From contig CAZBVF010000029.1 in the NCBI GenBank assembly GCA_964495335.1, positions 1 through 43,596 on the forward strand: DNA of 43,596 nt, in the 5' to 3' direction. Below the pieces are notes generated by a model, which saw only the letters and a list, made by a program, of their open reading frames with translations, was not told where the DNA came from and made no database searches. The translations under genes and the position numbers were made by a program. The DNA is from an uncultured Candidatus Saccharibacteria bacterium. Lineage in GTDB: Bacteria; Patescibacteriota; Minisyncoccia; Minisyncoccales; CAZBVF01. This document shows, in pieces, positions 43,301 through 43,596 of the stretch; within the stretch, counting starts at the first letter, position 1, and every line of letters begins with the position of its first letter.

Positions 43301-43596
43301 ATGGCTGGAAAGGCTCGTTCCGCACCTCGGACAGAAAGGAACTATCTTGTGTCCTTTATAAACAAGCCCTTTTTCGCTTATCTTCTTTATAATCCACCAG
43401 ACAGTTTCAACATAATCGTTGCTGTAAGTAACATAAGCTCTTTCCATATCAACCCAAAAAGCAATTCTTTCCGTTACTCTTTCAAAATAATCCTTATATT
43501 TCCAAACAGAAGACTTGCATTTTTCATTGAACTCGGCAATCCCGTATTTTTCTATATCTTTTTTGCTTTTAAGATTAAGCTCTTTTTCCACTTCCA
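40358..43596 (-). CDS. ileS: Isoleucyl-tRNA synthetase (5' end, including HIGH, lies beyond the window) carrying an internal histidine-phosphatase domain
   Basis: CP1 editing motif WTTTPWTLPGN, WGTPLPVWECEKCG, PEVIDCWFDAGS, GVDQTRGWFY and KMSKSKGN. The frame is open to the window edge; the track's M at 43591 is an internal GTG. Confidence 0.95.
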   Translation of the reverse strand, partial: EVEKELNLKSKKDIEKYGIAEFNEKCKSSVWKYKDYFERVTERIAFWVDMERAYVTYSNDYVETVWWIIKKISEKGLVYKGHKIVPFCPRCGTSLSSHEVALGYKKVKDNSVYLRFKILSPGWEKVSAISWTTTPWTLPGNVALAVNPENDYIIVPDPGKEEWKMVLGLDNFKDMLKEDIFPESYKEKIKGENWTNFKTFKGSELVELSYFPLFEIKELKTEASYKIYPADFVTSEEGTGIVHTAVMYGEDDYLLGEKVGLPKVHTVSQEGNFVKEVGYNLSGRYVKDEETESLIINYLKEKDFLFAEKIYEHDYPFCWRCSSPLLYYAKRSWFINMQEVKNRLIENNQKINWHPSHIKEGRFGQWLNEVKDWAFSRERYWGTPLPVWECEKCGERKTIGSFSELSSQKFSSNNYYLMRHGYSLRNEKEIASSFPEKESYPLTEEGKKESLESAKKLKEKNISLIISSDLQRTKETAEIISREIGAEIKFDERIRELDAGDFNGQAVKKIKEYLEGKNLFDIEVPGGESYRDVKKRVYSFLKDINKKYKNQNILIISHGAPLLLMAFSVTGEPDEKLGEFKENNSFETAQIKKIEFKNLPYDKEMKIDPHRPFIDEVEFYCPKCNSLMKRVPEVIDCWFDAGSMPFAQFHFPFEEKETKKNEKGNLQPRLFPADYICEGVDQTRGWFYTLLAISTLLEFGTSYKNVISLGHILDEKGNKMSKSKGNIVDPLELIKKYGCDALRWYFFTVNKAGDQKLFKEKDVEDCLKRFIMTLWNCFVFLQTYKKEKDINFKTFNSSNLLDKWIISKLNRLIEESSGLLEKYEIVPAARMIESFVVENFSQWYIRRSRKRLQKPQNEKEFKEASETIAYVLLSLSKLSAPFIPFLPEEIYKGVGGNKESIHLEDWPKADPSLIDQKLDEEMEEAREIVRLALSERSSAGIKVRQPLSSLTIKSSALKEDIVELIKEEVNVKNVSFDDSIEEKVKLDTLISDELKKEGLLREVVRSIQVMRKKAKLKPEDKISVGYEGGEMNKILEESKEFILKESKAQSFEKKKDSFDLENEFVIGNEKLWLGIRKV
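41790..42352 (-). other. In-frame histidine-phosphatase (phosphoglycerate-mutase-like, His_Phos_1-type) domain inserted in ileS
   Basis: LMRHGYSLRN (RHGxxxxN), PLTEEG, SSDLQRTKETAEII, IRELDAGDFNG, PGGES and LIISHGAPLL appear in canonical order, between the IleRS segments ...CEKCGERKTIGSFSEL and DPHRPFIDEVEFYCPKC... Confidence 0.8.

Noticed and set aside
1-43596. CRISPR arrays, transposases or integrases, prophage genes, known defence systems, rRNA genes, parS (TGTTNCACGTGAAACA-like) sites, and alternative genetic code
   Set aside because: No regularly spaced repeats, no recombinase-like ORFs and no parS-like palindrome were found by eye. TGA terminates several well-delimited genes (lepB, perM, M16, tatD), so code 4/25 is unlikely. 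By-eye scanning can miss degenerate sites.

Overview
AT-rich, very compact bacterial chromosome segment, about 90% coding and dominated by housekeeping genes. On the minus strand: nrdD, ftsZ-ftsA-ybeY-yqeY-rpsU-HIT-hisS-lepB, the two OFOR subunits, ligA, parB-parA, and metG-perM-M16 peptidase-glyQS-surface protein-recO-ileS. On the plus strand: pth-mfd, topA-rel, tRNA-Leu, tatD-leuS-glmS-yvcK. The anaerobic enzymes (class III RNR, 2-oxoacid:ferredoxin oxidoreductase), trimmed-down core proteins, a DUF1566 protein and a LAGLIDADG endonuclease suggest an uncultivated, reduced-genome anaerobe (Patescibacteria/CPR-like); this is inference only. TGA acts as a stop, so the standard code applies. No CRISPR array, transposase, integrase, recognisable defence system or rRNA was seen. 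Main items for follow-up: (1) ileS carries an in-frame insertion of about 190 codons that looks like a complete, catalytically intact histidine-phosphatase (PGAM-like) domain. (2) Most operon-leading core genes have an (extended) -10 box 6-9 nt upstream of the ATG and no Shine-Dalgarno (SD) sequence, implying leaderless mRNAs. A 2.4 kb islet at 29.4-31.8 kb instead uses strong SD sites, its own promoters and hairpin terminators. (3) That islet starts with a promoter-hairpin-U8 leader that must be read through to express the first gene. (4) A double-motif LAGLIDADG homing endonuclease starts 9 nt after an intact tRNA-Leu(CAA). (5) A DUF1566 gene jumps from about 25% to about 56% GC within one ORF. 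(6) A 400 bp non-coding gap holds DnaA-box-like motifs and switch-like repeats. (7) FtsZ lacks its C-terminal tail and Mfd is minimal. All calls come from reading the sequence and recalling family motifs. No database search or folding calculation was run.
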